Shown here in pieces: positions 44,583 to 55,386 of a DNA stretch of 58,749 nt (positions within the stretch are counted from its first letter, which is position 1; each line of letters starts with the position of its first letter). Under the pieces are notes generated by a model. The model made no database searches. It had not been told where the DNA came from and saw nothing but the letters and a program-made list of their open reading frames with translations. The stretch is from positions 1-58,749 of IMG/VR virus record IMGVR_UViG_3300037487_001109. One strand, 5' to 3'. This DNA comes from a virus. Its lineage: Duplodnaviria; Caudoviricetes. The position numbers were made by a program, and so were the translations under genes.

Positions 44583-46736
44583 TTATGCCTCTACCATACC
44601 GTGTACGAGCATGTGCTTCATCACACTGTCATCTCCCTCATTACCGCCTTCCATGAATGCAACAGCAGCAGCCAATACCTTATCAGGATACTCTACATTC
44701 TGTTTATAGTTTGCTGCACTTTTTACAGACCTTAAATACGGCTTTAGCTCTTCCCACGTAGTAAAGCCTTTAGATATCCCATTAAGAACATCGGTGAGTC
44801 CACCGTTATACGCCGCCAATCCAAATCGTATATCTAATTCAATTGGAAAACCTGTCTTATCCGTCTGCGCCTGCAGTGCTTTATTGATACGTTCCATCTG
44901 CTTATTCAGATACGTAGCTCCTGCCTCTACATTTTTATCTGCGTCAAATACATCTTTACCATATACCCCTAACTCTCTAGCGGTACCAGGCATAAGCTGC
45001 ATCAAGCCGCGTGCTCTCTCGCCTTTCTTATTGGTAGCAGGCCCTACAGCATTAGGATTACCTGCTGACTCTACTGCTACCATTCCTTTAATAATAGGAT
45101 TATAGCCCTTAAGAGCTGGGATACTATTTATTTTTTGTATAGTTTCAAACGGCAAAGCAGTAGACCTGAAGCTTATTTTAGTAGGCGCACCTAATAGTGC
45201 AGATGTTTTATTTTGCACATACGCTGTGTTCCTGGCTCCTGCCTCCTTATCTGTCAGTACAAAAGACTTTCTAGCCCCCTCGCTATAGCGTGCTACTTCT
45301 CGTGATTCCGGGGTAGAAAACATGCTATCTAGTTTTTCCTGCTCACCGGCTGGTCTATTATTTAGTACAAAATCATTTCTGGCTGCAGCTTCATCAGGAA
45401 TAACTACATCCGGCCTAGACCCATTAAACATACTGTCTAGTTCTGCTTTTTTCTCAGCAGACATAGGTCGTGTGATTGCCACCTGATTAACTGGTGTAGG
45501 TGTACTCTGTGTACTTGTTGTAGGGGATGGTGCAGGTCTAGTTGGCATGAGTGCCTGTCCACGTGCAACATGTCTGTCATATATCTTTGTCTGCCCAGTA
45601 GCGACAGCCAGCTGTTTAGATGCTTCAAACTTTTTAGATATACGTGCCTGTATTTCTGCATTTGTACCTGTAGCGTTTGGTGTAGAGGTAGACCCAGCGG
45701 TCTGTCCAGCTGCTGTACTTTGAGCTTGGAATGTAGGAACACTACTACCAGCCTGCCCGCCCTTAGCTGCGGAGTCTTCTGCAGGAGCTGGTCTACCATT
45801 AGGCCAGTAGTACTGCTCACGTAAGGCGCCTTTAGCTTTATAGGAATTCTGGTAATCAAGATACTTTGCAGCTGCAGTACTTTCTATATACGCTACGTTT
45901 CTACCATCTGCACCCTGTAGTGGGTATCTACCAGAATTAATAGGGTCTGTTTCTGCTATTCTGGGTCCTACACTATACTTCTCGGCTATGTCTTTCGGGT
46001 CTGCGTTCGGTCCAAATATAGCGTTTAATTCTGGCTGAGACCTGGCCTCATTAAACGCTTTATCTACAGACTCCGCAGACTTCTCTATAAGCTTACGGTT
46101 GTCATCCCGTTCTCTAGCCTGCATCTCCATGGCCTTGTCGAAGTTATTTTTCTTCCACAAGTCTTGCTGTTCTTCAGGTGTAAAGTGAGGAGCAATCTGC
46201 CCCAGTACGTGTTCGGCCTCATTGGGGTTACGTAGCATCCAATCATTAAATTGTGGATTGGTGGCTATTCCACGTATAGCGTTAGGGTCATTGCTATTGA
46301 TAGTTTTGGCGATTCGCTTCTGTATAGCTATGTCAGTAGTAGCTTGCGCTAGTTTAGCATTATCTGCTTTTAGTTTAGCCCTAGTATTCTCAAGCTTTAA
46401 GGCATTGGTAGCTTTTTCATTTTCCAGTGCTAGCGTGTTGTTCTCAATAGTCAGTTCTTTTAGTCTGAGGTCTGCGTCCTGCTCGGCGTTCTGTTCTGGA
46501 ATCCTATCAATCTGATTCTGCCTAATCTCCGCATTCTGGTCATTAGCAGTTATGGCTTGCTGATTTTGAACAATCTGCTGACCTTGCCCAATGCCCTGTA
46601 CTAGTCCGTTCACTCCTGCAGTAAAATTGCTTGGTAAATTTTTTCCGGCAGTTATCCCCGCATTTGCACTATTAGCAAATAGGTAGGTATCAATCTTTGG
46701 GCCTTCCAGTTGTGAGAATATATTATATTGTGCCAC
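44583..46736 (-). CDS. Internal virion protein with C-terminal lytic transglycosylase
   Basis: VESAGNPNA, GLMQLMPGTA, NVEAGATYL, AAYNGG. Confidence 0.85.
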   Translation of the reverse strand: MAQYNIFSQLEGPKIDTYLFANSANAGITAGKNLPSNFTAGVNGLVQGIGQGQQIVQNQQAITANDQNAEIRQNQIDRIPEQNAEQDADLRLKELTIENNTLALENEKATNALKLENTRAKLKADNAKLAQATTDIAIQKRIAKTINSNDPNAIRGIATNPQFNDWMLRNPNEAEHVLGQIAPHFTPEEQQDLWKKNNFDKAMEMQARERDDNRKLIEKSAESVDKAFNEARSQPELNAIFGPNADPKDIAEKYSVGPRIAETDPINSGRYPLQGADGRNVAYIESTAAAKYLDYQNSYKAKGALREQYYWPNGRPAPAEDSAAKGGQAGSSVPTFQAQSTAAGQTAGSTSTPNATGTNAEIQARISKKFEASKQLAVATGQTKIYDRHVARGQALMPTRPAPSPTTSTQSTPTPVNQVAITRPMSAEKKAELDSMFNGSRPDVVIPDEAAARNDFVLNNRPAGEQEKLDSMFSTPESREVARYSEGARKSFVLTDKEAGARNTAYVQNKTSALLGAPTKISFRSTALPFETIQKINSIPALKGYNPIIKGMVAVESAGNPNAVGPATNKKGERARGLMQLMPGTARELGVYGKDVFDADKNVEAGATYLNKQMERINKALQAQTDKTGFPIELDIRFGLAAYNGGLTDVLNGISKGFTTWEELKPYLRSVKSAANYKQNVEYPDKVLAAAVAFMEGGNEGDDSVMKHMLVHGMVEA

Positions 46737-46737
46737 T

Positions 46738-49700
46738 TTACCTCATCCATGAATACGTAGGTTTTTTGGCGGGCTGCACAGGAGCTGCTGTCATCGGTAC
46801 ACCTCTAGTAGTAAACTTTGAAGGTTTAATGCCAGCAGGCATTCCTTTAATCTGTAATGGTGTTCTCTGTGAGGTATCCCCAGGTGTAACTGGACGAGAA
46901 GGTGTAAAGCCTGGACTAGATTGCGAGTACCCCGGGTCTATATCCTTAGCAGGCGCCTTGCCTGACACTGCGGCTATCCCGGCGTTTCTTCCGCCCATTA
47001 ACTTTTGTGCTTGCCCGTAGCTACCATTATCGAAAACCATATTTAGAGATTGGTGAGACTGCACCAGCTCTAACTCTGATATCCTACCCTCCGCATAAGC
47101 CTGATTAGCCAGCTGATAGCCATCTGCTTTTGACTTAATACCAGATTGTGCATACATAGCTCTCTGGTTTTTCATTGTCTTGCTGTAGTTCTCCTCAGTC
47201 ATAGCCTGATTAAATCCTACATTTTTCAATGATGCGTTACCAAGCTGCCCGCCTATCTGGTCTACATGCGTACCCCCGCCACCTGCAAGTAGTCTACTTA
47301 AGGTCCTGCCACCCATGCCGGCAGCAAAATCTAAATCATTTGTGTAGTCTGTGTCATAGGCAGACATGCCTTTACGCCCATTACCATCTGTCAGCTGGTC
47401 AGGATTAGTAGCAGAGTGCTGCCCGCCTTTACCATCCATACCAATATCAGCTTTAGTGCCGTCTGCTAAGGTAATCTGAAACGTATCATCCGCCAAACCT
47501 GACTTCTGTAGGTGTTTACGCATGGCATCTCTGCCTTGCTGTGCGGCGTTTTTTCCACCAGGTATAGCGCCTAGAGCTGTAGACATTATTTTATCGCTTA
47601 TAATAGATGAGGGATTATACTTGTCTAGCTTATCCCGAAGCTTCTCCCCTTTACCCCCAAATAACTTTGCATCTGCAAATTGTGCGAGACTTGATATTCC
47701 GGCAGTAAAGTAAGCAGCCACACCATTTTCTACAGCCTGTCTAGCTTCCGTAGCTTTCTGCTTACTGGACATATTAGAATTAAGCGCACTGTAGATCCCA
47801 ATACCGGTACTTACTCCAGCAGCTACACCGCCCATTGCCCCGCCAGCCCCGCCTGCTCCATTGGCTATTCCATCATAGGCAGCATACCCGGCAGCGCCTG
47901 CTGTGCCTACCCCAAGGGCAGTAGACGCCGGACCTTTCCCCATACCCCCGCCTACGGTACTTGCAACCAGTATAGTACCTAGAAGATACGGATTTTCCTG
48001 TCCTAATGTGGACAGCCCACCTACTAAAGCTGACCCGCCGGCTGCACCGTTAAGTGCGCCTTGAGTGCCCTTACTTCCCCAGTTGTTATAGACACTGTAG
48101 CCACCTAAGAGTGTAGTAGCACCACCTAATACCAGGTTTGTAGTGCTCGGGCCTGTGGTATTGGCATTTGGGGTCGGGACGGCCACCACTGAGCCATCCG
48201 CTGTTTTTACACCTGTGTAGCCATTTGGTAAGGTTGTTCCAGCTGGGAGCTGTATAGCCCCTACTCCATATTGTGGCACGTCTATAGCGCCTATTTTTGA
48301 TAGGCCCTCAGCTGTAATTCCCGGTACAGCAGACCCATCTACCCCATAACCTAAAAGCCCCATGTTTTTAGCACTAGAGGCCAAGGACGTTACATTGCCA
48401 GTAACCCCTACAATTTTCTGTATTGTGTTATACTGATCCCAATTCTTAGCTAAGGAGTACATATTGTACCCGCTATTAAGAAGGTCTAGGCCTTGGCCTA
48501 CAGTAAGTCCAGGTGTAGATAGCTTACCATTTGAGTCATACGTAGGGGCTATAACTTCAGTAGCTCCTAAGTTCTGCCCTGTAGCAGTCTGAAAACCCTT
48601 AATACCGAGAGCTGCAATACCCAGAGTTTTCTGTGCGGAGCTCATGCCATCCCAGTTATTATAGAGCTGAGTGGCTGCATATATGGCGTTTACACCGCCT
48701 ACCCCTCTACTCTTATTTGTAGGGTCTTCAAACTGTTTAGCGATCTTGTCTACTGCATCCTGTTTGGTGGCTGATAGCATGGTGTTTATAAAAGCCTTAG
48801 AGTCCTTTCTTTGCACAGCGTCTGTAAGTGACGCTAGGATATTAATATCAGATGCTGCACTAGCTATACTATCTAGCTTAGCGTTATCTTCAGCATTTAG
48901 TGCATAAAATGGGGATACCACCTCTTTTATGCCGGATACAAACTTGGCTCCTGCTGCCACGTTACTACTAGTGATAAGTGACCTATCTGCGTATACCGTG
49001 TTTCCTCTTGTATCCACACCTGCGGGGACTGTATTGGGCTGGGGTTTACTATATATTCCAGCAGTGTTCAACACACTCTCTGCCGCGTGGTCTAGGTCAG
49101 CTGCCAATGGTGCTGTAGCTGTAGACCTTAATGTCAGACCAGACGCTTTCTGGGTCTCCGCCATTTGTGGCGATAGCGTAGAGGCCATTGTTCTAGGAGT
49201 AGTAGCAGAACGTGTTAAGCTGTAGTCACTGTCTCCAGTATCTAAACTAAAATCTGGAGTACCACTACCAGTAGGGGTGTCTAGCCCTGTACCGCCCTCC
49301 ACTCCGCCACCAATGCTAGAAGAGGTATCAGTAGTGTCTAGATTAAAACTATCAGGCGTAGAGACCCCAGATATAGACGTATCCACCCCAGTACCTCCAG
49401 TGGTGCCACCATCTGGTACCCCGAGATCACTATTACCACTACTAGTACTGCTTCCACTATTTTTAAAACCCCCTAAGATATTGGATATAGTAGTTGCACT
49501 TAATCCTATGCCTTGAAGTATGCTAGCTACAGTTCCAGCATCCTGCGCCTTATTGAGCATATCTTTAAATGTTTCTTCTGACTTATTCTGCTGGTCTATC
49601 GCCATACCAGTATTTAGGTTTGTCTGTGCGGCGCCTGCGTATGCTCCGGCTAAGCCAACCTGATAGTTAAACTTATCCATTGCAAACTGATTCTTATTGG

Positions 49701-50859
49701 TAGTATTGAACTGGTCGTTTTGAAGAGTATTACTGGCATTAAAAGTTCTAGTTTGCTGCTCCTGACCTGTAACAAATTGATTCTGCTGCACCTGCCCACT
49801 AAACGCAGTGGAAACTGGCATAGTGTTATTTTGTGTGAAGTTTGCAAGGTTCTGCTGCCCCAATTGAGAGAAGCTAACAGATGGCATTACCTGTACCTGC
49901 TGTCCTGCATTTGAGTACTCAGTAGGCGCCATCTCAGTGTTTACTCTCTGAGTAACATTTTGCCCGAGTAACTGGTCTCCATATTGAGATAGCTTTAGTC
50001 TCTCGCCTGCTGACATTAAATCAGATGCTTTTCTTGCTACAGAACTTCTGGCACCAAAGCCTCCTGCATTGGCAATGTCTGCGGCTCCAGACCTGACACC
50101 AACTTCATACGCCCTATCTTGTACGGCGTCTGGTAATCTGCCGCTGGCATAAGTTTCTGCACGCTGCCCTTGACTGGCCAGCTGTTGTCTTACGCCTGGC
50201 AGAGCAGTATCGAGCTGCTGAGTCCTCTGCTGTTGATTAAACACGTTATCAACAGAAGTTTCTTGCCTCTTCAGAGCTGATGCAGCCGGGACGTATCCCT
50301 TTAGACTCTGGAGCTCTGTGCTCATGGTGTCTAGAGCTAGCTCTTTAGAAAGGCCGTAGTTTTTTACAGTCTCTCCCCTATTAAACTCCCCATATTTCTG
50401 AGCAAACTTTTTAACGTCTGTAAATTTATACGGTGCAGACTTTATAGGCTGATAGTTAGATGTGAAAGGAGATGGGAACTGCCCAAGCATATTGGCAGGA
50501 CCAAAAGCATATGGACCTACAGGGACTGCACCATATGCTCCACCGCCTGAGCTACCATACATGGCTTTATTTGGAGCCTGCTTTATGGAGCCCACATCTC
50601 CGGCTTCAGTTCTGTACTCAGTTTGACCACCTGCAAAATCTAGAGGAGATGAAGTTTTACCTTCGTAATTAACTGTCATGCCCGTAGCTTCCTGCGGGCC
50701 TATGCCTAATTTAAACTGGTGTAACCCATTTTCGGAATTTAAATACTGACCAGTTATAGTCTGACCATTAGCAAGCGTAACTGTAGGAGGAGGGCTTTTT
50801 GTATTCCCTAAAATTACTACACCTTTAGTAGTGGTAGGCCGTATTACTATTTTTCCCAT
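46738..50859 (-). CDS. Gly/Ala/Gln-rich DNA-ejection (pilot-like) protein
   Basis: 1373 aa, Gly-zipper hydrophobic segments, first of three large genes. Confidence 0.65.
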   Translation of the reverse strand: MGKIVIRPTTTKGVVILGNTKSPPPTVTLANGQTITGQYLNSENGLHQFKLGIGPQEATGMTVNYEGKTSSPLDFAGGQTEYRTEAGDVGSIKQAPNKAMYGSSGGGAYGAVPVGPYAFGPANMLGQFPSPFTSNYQPIKSAPYKFTDVKKFAQKYGEFNRGETVKNYGLSKELALDTMSTELQSLKGYVPAASALKRQETSVDNVFNQQQRTQQLDTALPGVRQQLASQGQRAETYASGRLPDAVQDRAYEVGVRSGAADIANAGGFGARSSVARKASDLMSAGERLKLSQYGDQLLGQNVTQRVNTEMAPTEYSNAGQQVQVMPSVSFSQLGQQNLANFTQNNTMPVSTAFSGQVQQNQFVTGQEQQTRTFNASNTLQNDQFNTTNKNQFAMDKFNYQVGLAGAYAGAAQTNLNTGMAIDQQNKSEETFKDMLNKAQDAGTVASILQGIGLSATTISNILGGFKNSGSSTSSGNSDLGVPDGGTTGGTGVDTSISGVSTPDSFNLDTTDTSSSIGGGVEGGTGLDTPTGSGTPDFSLDTGDSDYSLTRSATTPRTMASTLSPQMAETQKASGLTLRSTATAPLAADLDHAAESVLNTAGIYSKPQPNTVPAGVDTRGNTVYADRSLITSSNVAAGAKFVSGIKEVVSPFYALNAEDNAKLDSIASAASDINILASLTDAVQRKDSKAFINTMLSATKQDAVDKIAKQFEDPTNKSRGVGGVNAIYAATQLYNNWDGMSSAQKTLGIAALGIKGFQTATGQNLGATEVIAPTYDSNGKLSTPGLTVGQGLDLLNSGYNMYSLAKNWDQYNTIQKIVGVTGNVTSLASSAKNMGLLGYGVDGSAVPGITAEGLSKIGAIDVPQYGVGAIQLPAGTTLPNGYTGVKTADGSVVAVPTPNANTTGPSTTNLVLGGATTLLGGYSVYNNWGSKGTQGALNGAAGGSALVGGLSTLGQENPYLLGTILVASTVGGGMGKGPASTALGVGTAGAAGYAAYDGIANGAGGAGGAMGGVAAGVSTGIGIYSALNSNMSSKQKATEARQAVENGVAAYFTAGISSLAQFADAKLFGGKGEKLRDKLDKYNPSSIISDKIMSTALGAIPGGKNAAQQGRDAMRKHLQKSGLADDTFQITLADGTKADIGMDGKGGQHSATNPDQLTDGNGRKGMSAYDTDYTNDLDFAAGMGGRTLSRLLAGGGGTHVDQIGGQLGNASLKNVGFNQAMTEENYSKTMKNQRAMYAQSGIKSKADGYQLANQAYAEGRISELELVQSHQSLNMVFDNGSYGQAQKLMGGRNAGIAAVSGKAPAKDIDPGYSQSSPGFTPSRPVTPGDTSQRTPLQIKGMPAGIKPSKFTTRGVPMTAAPVQPAKKPTYSWMR

Positions 50860-50866
50860 ATTACTC

Positions 50867-51256
50867 TTAAGGATTCGCTAAAGTCCTAATCCACCCAAAA
50901 TGTTCACCCATTAAAAGAAACCCTATGACTGCCAGCAGTAAAACTATAACACCTGCCAATATCTTTGTATTAGTACCAACGTCTTTTCTAGTCTGTGCAA
51001 ATAGTTCCTTTACAATCTCTAGTGGTATCTGGTGTCTACCTGTAGCTGCGTCCAGTAACGTATCTTTTACCTCAACTAGCGTACCGGCAATGGCATCTAG
51101 TTTTGATAGATGGTGCATATGCGTAACCATCTGATCTACATTATCGTGGGTATCCTGTAATTTGAGTGCTACGTTCATAAGCTCTTTCTTAGCCTCCACC
51201 CATGCGCCATTCAGCAATTTACAGTTTGAGCATACTCTCTCCAACTCTTCACTCAT
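50867..51256 (-). CDS. Coiled-coil protein with C-terminal transmembrane helix (lysis-associated candidate)
   Basis: ILAGVIVLLLAVIGFLLMG. Confidence 0.55.
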   Translation of the reverse strand: MSEELERVCSNCKLLNGAWVEAKKELMNVALKLQDTHDNVDQMVTHMHHLSKLDAIAGTLVEVKDTLLDAATGRHQIPLEIVKELFAQTRKDVGTNTKILAGVIVLLLAVIGFLLMGEHFGWIRTLANP

Positions 51257-52224
51257 ATTATATTCTTTATAGCGCCACCAGATAAAGGTACAAATACCTC
51301 CATAGGTTGACCGTTTTGTACACGTTTATACTCGTTTTCTAAATCAATGTTATTTACCAGTTGTTTGTTGGCGGCTATAGCCAAATCAGGAGCGCGGTTG
51401 TAGTTTGCGTTTATCTCTTGGCCTGCGAGGTTAAGGACATACACGTTATCAAACGGTATGTAGTCATTGTCTGTGTAAGCAGCCCTTAATCGTATTCTCC
51501 CTAAAATAGAAACCTTCACGGTTTCCGTGCACCAGGGAGCTGTAAGCCTAAATCGTCTGTATGATGGAGCAGTCTCAAGCGGAGAGTAGTCTGCTAGAAA
51601 ACCTTTCAAATTGTTACTGGGGCTCACCCAGAATAACTGGACGTATCCATTTGTAGGAGTCTTAACAATTCCGGTAAGCTGCGCAAATGAATTAGCAGTA
51701 TACTTTAACTGCCCTTTAGTAAGCCGTAGGTACTCTCCTACAATTTGCTCACCTTTATAGTTTGTAGTTATAATTTCTCGTCCAGTAGCATCTAGTCCCT
51801 GCACAATAATGTATGAATCTGCGTCTTCCTGACATGTAGCCAAGGCACCAATCCTGGCACCAGCAGCAAAAGGAATATCATAAACTGTAGGATAATAATT
51901 TGGGTCTTCTACTATAGCCTTGTCAGCAGGCATACAGCCATACATATCTTTAGAGCTGTGGTAATCAAACCACTTATCCCAGACAGTTCCTACCCTATCC
52001 CCTATTCGTATTTTTATAGGGACTTCTAGTTCGTATGGAATTGTTATGCAGCCCTTTTGGGCGCAAAAAGAGAATGTTCTTAAATTGCCATGTTGACCGG
52101 AGAATAACATGTGCTGCATTACTTGCTGCACAAAGCCAGGCACTGTCGGTGCGTCTACGCACGAACCTCCGCGACCATCATACTTGGCTAGAATCTCTTT
52201 GGCTTGACGAAATATTAGAGGCAC
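51253..52224 (-). CDS. Tail adaptor / tail tubular protein A-like
   Basis: Size, position and helix-beta-helix layout. Confidence 0.55.
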   Translation of the reverse strand: MPLIFRQAKEILAKYDGRGGSCVDAPTVPGFVQQVMQHMLFSGQHGNLRTFSFCAQKGCITIPYELEVPIKIRIGDRVGTVWDKWFDYHSSKDMYGCMPADKAIVEDPNYYPTVYDIPFAAGARIGALATCQEDADSYIIVQGLDATGREIITTNYKGEQIVGEYLRLTKGQLKYTANSFAQLTGIVKTPTNGYVQLFWVSPSNNLKGFLADYSPLETAPSYRRFRLTAPWCTETVKVSILGRIRLRAAYTDNDYIPFDNVYVLNLAGQEINANYNRAPDLAIAANKQLVNNIDLENEYKRVQNGQPMEVFVPLSGGAIKNII

Positions 52225-52544
52225 TACTCATTAGCCTCCTTACTACATACAGCTACAGGAGCTAACGTAGTGTCCCCCAGAGTACCGCTGTCTGATACGC
52301 CTGTTTTGATGACTGATATTTCCTGCCCAGTAGCTGGGTCAAGATTGGGGTTATATACTGGAGCCAACACACCCTGAAGTGGTTGAGGCTGGATTATACC
52401 AGATGCTGGTGATGTGTCCGGGTCGCTGTTGGCCATGAGTTTCCTTCTTTGTAAAATACGCTGTTGTCTTTCCGCAATACGAGCACTAGATGGAGCTGCA
52501 GGCTGGGCTGCACGATACCGCTGCCCACAAGAACTGCAGCCCAT
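52224..52544 (-). CDS. Hypothetical protein with MGCSSCG N-terminus
   Basis: Coupled in the virion operon. Confidence 0.55.
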   Translation of the reverse strand: MGCSSCGQRYRAAQPAAPSSARIAERQQRILQRRKLMANSDPDTSPASGIIQPQPLQGVLAPVYNPNLDPATGQEISVIKTGVSDSGTLGDTTLAPVAVCSKEANE

Positions 52545-52553
52545 CTTATTCCC

Positions 52554-52808
52554 TTACTGATTCAGGCAAACGCCAGCAGCTTTAACAAAGGTACTGGCCT
52601 GATTAGTTCCTCTGCTTACCAGACCGGATGCTTGTGGAACTTCACTATTAGCAAACGTGTACTGTTGGCCAGAAGCAAACCAATAACCGTACTGATAGAA
52701 AGGCAGAAGCAATCTCGCGTATGCTCCAGTCAATCCATCTCTAATAGCTAGTTTAGGGGTACTACAAAGGGGCAATAGCTGAACAGATGACATATTATTC
52801 TCCGACAA
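52554..52808 (-). CDS. Hypothetical virion-operon protein
   Basis: Co-oriented 84-aa ORF; start uncertain. Confidence 0.5.
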   Translation of the reverse strand: MSENNMSSVQLLPLCSTPKLAIRDGLTGAYARLLLPFYQYGYWFASGQQYTFANSEVPQASGLVSRGTNQASTFVKAAGVCLNQ

Positions 52809-52820
52809 ATTAAAACTAAA

Positions 52821-53027
52821 TTATTTCCTGCTAACCCAAGGGTCAGTAGGAGTAGGCTCTTCAGTCTTACTACGCTGAAGCTTGGCCTCTACTTCTGCTG
52901 GGTACCCTTGACCACTTATGTCCATTGCTGGAGCTAAGTTAGGATTCTTGAAAAAGGGTGTACCCTTCCAACCAGCACCAATACGGGCTAAATTTTTTGC
53001 TTCGTCGTATACTTCAAGTTCTGCCAT
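52821..53027 (-). CDS. Hypothetical protein
   Basis: AAGGA RBS. Confidence 0.55.
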   Translation of the reverse strand: MAELEVYDEAKNLARIGAGWKGTPFFKNPNLAPAMDISGQGYPAEVEAKLQRSKTEEPTPTDPWVSRK

Positions 53028-53092
53028 ATAATTCCTTTTAAAGGTTCTACTGTTATTCTAACTAAGTTTAATGATAATGAAAATAGTCTATA

Positions 53093-53572
53093 TTAGAAGC
53101 CGCTAAAATATGCTGAAAACTTCTGCACAATAAGACCATTAGTGTAATCATCTGCCACTATATCCGCTACTAAAGCAGCCGGCAGCAGCGCATTCCCAGT
53201 CTTTATCTTAGTCCATCCTATAGGCACTGTACCATCTAAAGAAACAAACTGCTGAATCTGGAACTGATTGCCGTCATTAATTGGGTATATGTTGTGCCAG
53301 GCACCCTGACTAAACACATAAATACCCATAAAGGAGCCAGCATTACTGAGCCTAAACCACACATTTGTAGTCTGGCTGGAACTCGGCTGTACGTTCCCTA
53401 CTATTACGTTAGTAACACTGGCTGGAATCTGTACGCCAAGATAGGTAGGCAGCGCTTTTATCAGGTCTATAAAGGTTGTAAAGCAGGCGTTCTCGGGGAC
53501 CCCCTGTACTACTAAAGTGCCTGCTACTAAGTTTTCTGGGTTAAACATGATGTAAATGCTCCTATACGCCAA
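53093..53572 (-). CDS. Tail-associated structural protein
   Basis: Beta-rich, follows the nozzle-like gene; start uncertain. Confidence 0.5.
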   Translation of the reverse strand: MAYRSIYIMFNPENLVAGTLVVQGVPENACFTTFIDLIKALPTYLGVQIPASVTNVIVGNVQPSSSQTTNVWFRLSNAGSFMGIYVFSQGAWHNIYPINDGNQFQIQQFVSLDGTVPIGWTKIKTGNALLPAALVADIVADDYTNGLIVQKFSAYFSGF

Positions 53573-55383
53573 TCATTATTACACTGCCCACATAGCTCAA
53601 TTTCCTTGTAATCATTACAAGATGTAACTTGCTGCCCTTGTGGCATAGGGATAGCTTTAAGTAAGTACTCATGCATCTCCCAGTACTTGCCTTCTATTGT
53701 AAACCGTAATTGTACTTTTCTAAAGCTATCATATTGAAGGCTAGACACCGGATCACAGCCGGGGTCTAGAGGGCTACCAAGCGTAAGGTCCCTGAAATTG
53801 TGGGCTGCCAGCCCATTTACGCTACAGTTGTCTGGCCACCCGCAGGAGCGCCACGGAGCAGCGTGCTCAAAGGACCCCCACTGTATGAACCTGTTGCCAT
53901 GCGAAGGCTTATACTCTACGGACAGCTTAAAGTCCCCCTGCACATTCCTAAGCCCTAAATCCATAGAGTGGAGATTCTTATTAACAAACGGAGACTGAAA
54001 GTCATACTCTTTTGTGTATATGTAGGCCTTGGCATAGCGCACAGAATCTCCGTCTGTGTCGTAAGTAGTACTCGGGTTAAACTCATACAGCGCGTTTACT
54101 GATAGCTCATCTTTGGACATGACAAAGCACCTGCCATTGACAGTTACCATGTCCATAGGGCTTACCCCTGTCCATAGCCCAGGCCATATCGGAGCAGTGT
54201 CTTTGCCAAGAGTTGCAAGGTTATCAAGCTCAAGCACGGCAAACCCGGCATTTGCAACGTCAAACGTGGGTACTCTGGCTCTTGAATAGCTTGTAACTCT
54301 GTGCGGGTTTACCGTAGTAAATACCTTATTTCTAAAAGTACCCATAACGCTAAAAGGTATAAGGGCATCATCTGAATACTTGAGCCAATTCATCACCTCT
54401 CTAGACAGTGGAACCTGTGCCCACTTTTTCTGCTCCTGTCTGGACATTGATATTGTGCGTACTTGCCCGTCATTGCCCAGATAGAATAAATCAGAATTTA
54501 TATGAGTAAGTGAACGCGGCCCTGCTATGCCACCCGTGGCTACAAGGCATGAACCAAACGGTGTGGTCTCCCATGTAGTTCTAGGATTCTGTGAATTGTA
54601 AGAAAATATCTGCCTGTCAGTACCTATTATGAGTGGGCCAATGCCAGTAGATGTATCTGTAAACTCTAAGAACGTCATAGCCGTTATCTGGCTATTAAAC
54701 GTATTTGTAGTGAGTTGAAAAATCTGTCCAAAGAAAGAGCCGGCCGGAGCAATTACTTCCTCAAACGATATAGGAGCATTAGGTGTAGCTAAGGACCCCG
54801 TAGGGTCGCCGGCTGTAAACTCCCCGCCTGCATTAGCTATAAAAGAACGGTTCTGATTGTAGGCACTAAGAACAGATACTGGCATCTCGTAGGCTGTAGG
54901 ATTGGTACGCCTTACAGCTATGCCTTCTAGAATCACAGGGTAGTTTGGGTAATCGTGCACCACTATAAAGCGGTCGGCATTTGACCAGTTGAGACGTGGG
55001 GTATTCTCGTTAAGGGTATCTCCGTTTGGGAGCGATAGTATTGTGGTTACATACGTATCAATATTAACCAGATACATTATCCCGGCTATTATTATTATAA
55101 CGTAATTGTCTGGGCCTATTGCGTAGGGAATAAGAGCTTGAAATCTACCTGTTCCAAATATCTCAGTGTAGGGAACAATGACATTGTTTCCTATATCAAT
55201 ACCAGCATCAGGAATCTGTAAAGTTCTTTTGTCCAGTCCCCAGCGCGGAGTAGGTACACCATTTTGAATTGATATATTTATACCGGCATAAAAAGAATTT
55301 GCAGGTACGAGCGAGGGAAATTTTGAAGCGTCCTGCCCCCCTAGAAATGTATTAGTGCCATCCGTAACAATTGAGTCTGCCAC
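53527..55383 (-). CDS. Tail nozzle / tail tubular protein B-like (beta-propeller)
   Basis: 618 aa, beta-rich; FLGGQD, GGIAGPRS, DLFYL, YTKEYDF pattern typical of podovirus nozzles. Confidence 0.65.
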   Translation of the reverse strand: MADSIVTDGTNTFLGGQDASKFPSLVPANSFYAGINISIQNGVPTPRWGLDKRTLQIPDAGIDIGNNVIVPYTEIFGTGRFQALIPYAIGPDNYVIIIIAGIMYLVNIDTYVTTILSLPNGDTLNENTPRLNWSNADRFIVVHDYPNYPVILEGIAVRRTNPTAYEMPVSVLSAYNQNRSFIANAGGEFTAGDPTGSLATPNAPISFEEVIAPAGSFFGQIFQLTTNTFNSQITAMTFLEFTDTSTGIGPLIIGTDRQIFSYNSQNPRTTWETTPFGSCLVATGGIAGPRSLTHINSDLFYLGNDGQVRTISMSRQEQKKWAQVPLSREVMNWLKYSDDALIPFSVMGTFRNKVFTTVNPHRVTSYSRARVPTFDVANAGFAVLELDNLATLGKDTAPIWPGLWTGVSPMDMVTVNGRCFVMSKDELSVNALYEFNPSTTYDTDGDSVRYAKAYIYTKEYDFQSPFVNKNLHSMDLGLRNVQGDFKLSVEYKPSHGNRFIQWGSFEHAAPWRSCGWPDNCSVNGLAAHNFRDLTLGSPLDPGCDPVSSLQYDSFRKVQLRFTIEGKYWEMHEYLLKAIPMPQGQQVTSCNDYKEIELCGQCNNDWRIGAFTSCLTQKT

Positions 55384-55386
55384 ATT

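Noticed and set aside
38852-50672. Numerous plus-strand ORFs antisense to the ejection-protein genes
   Set aside because: Typical antisense shadows of long coding regions, lacking RBS and motifs
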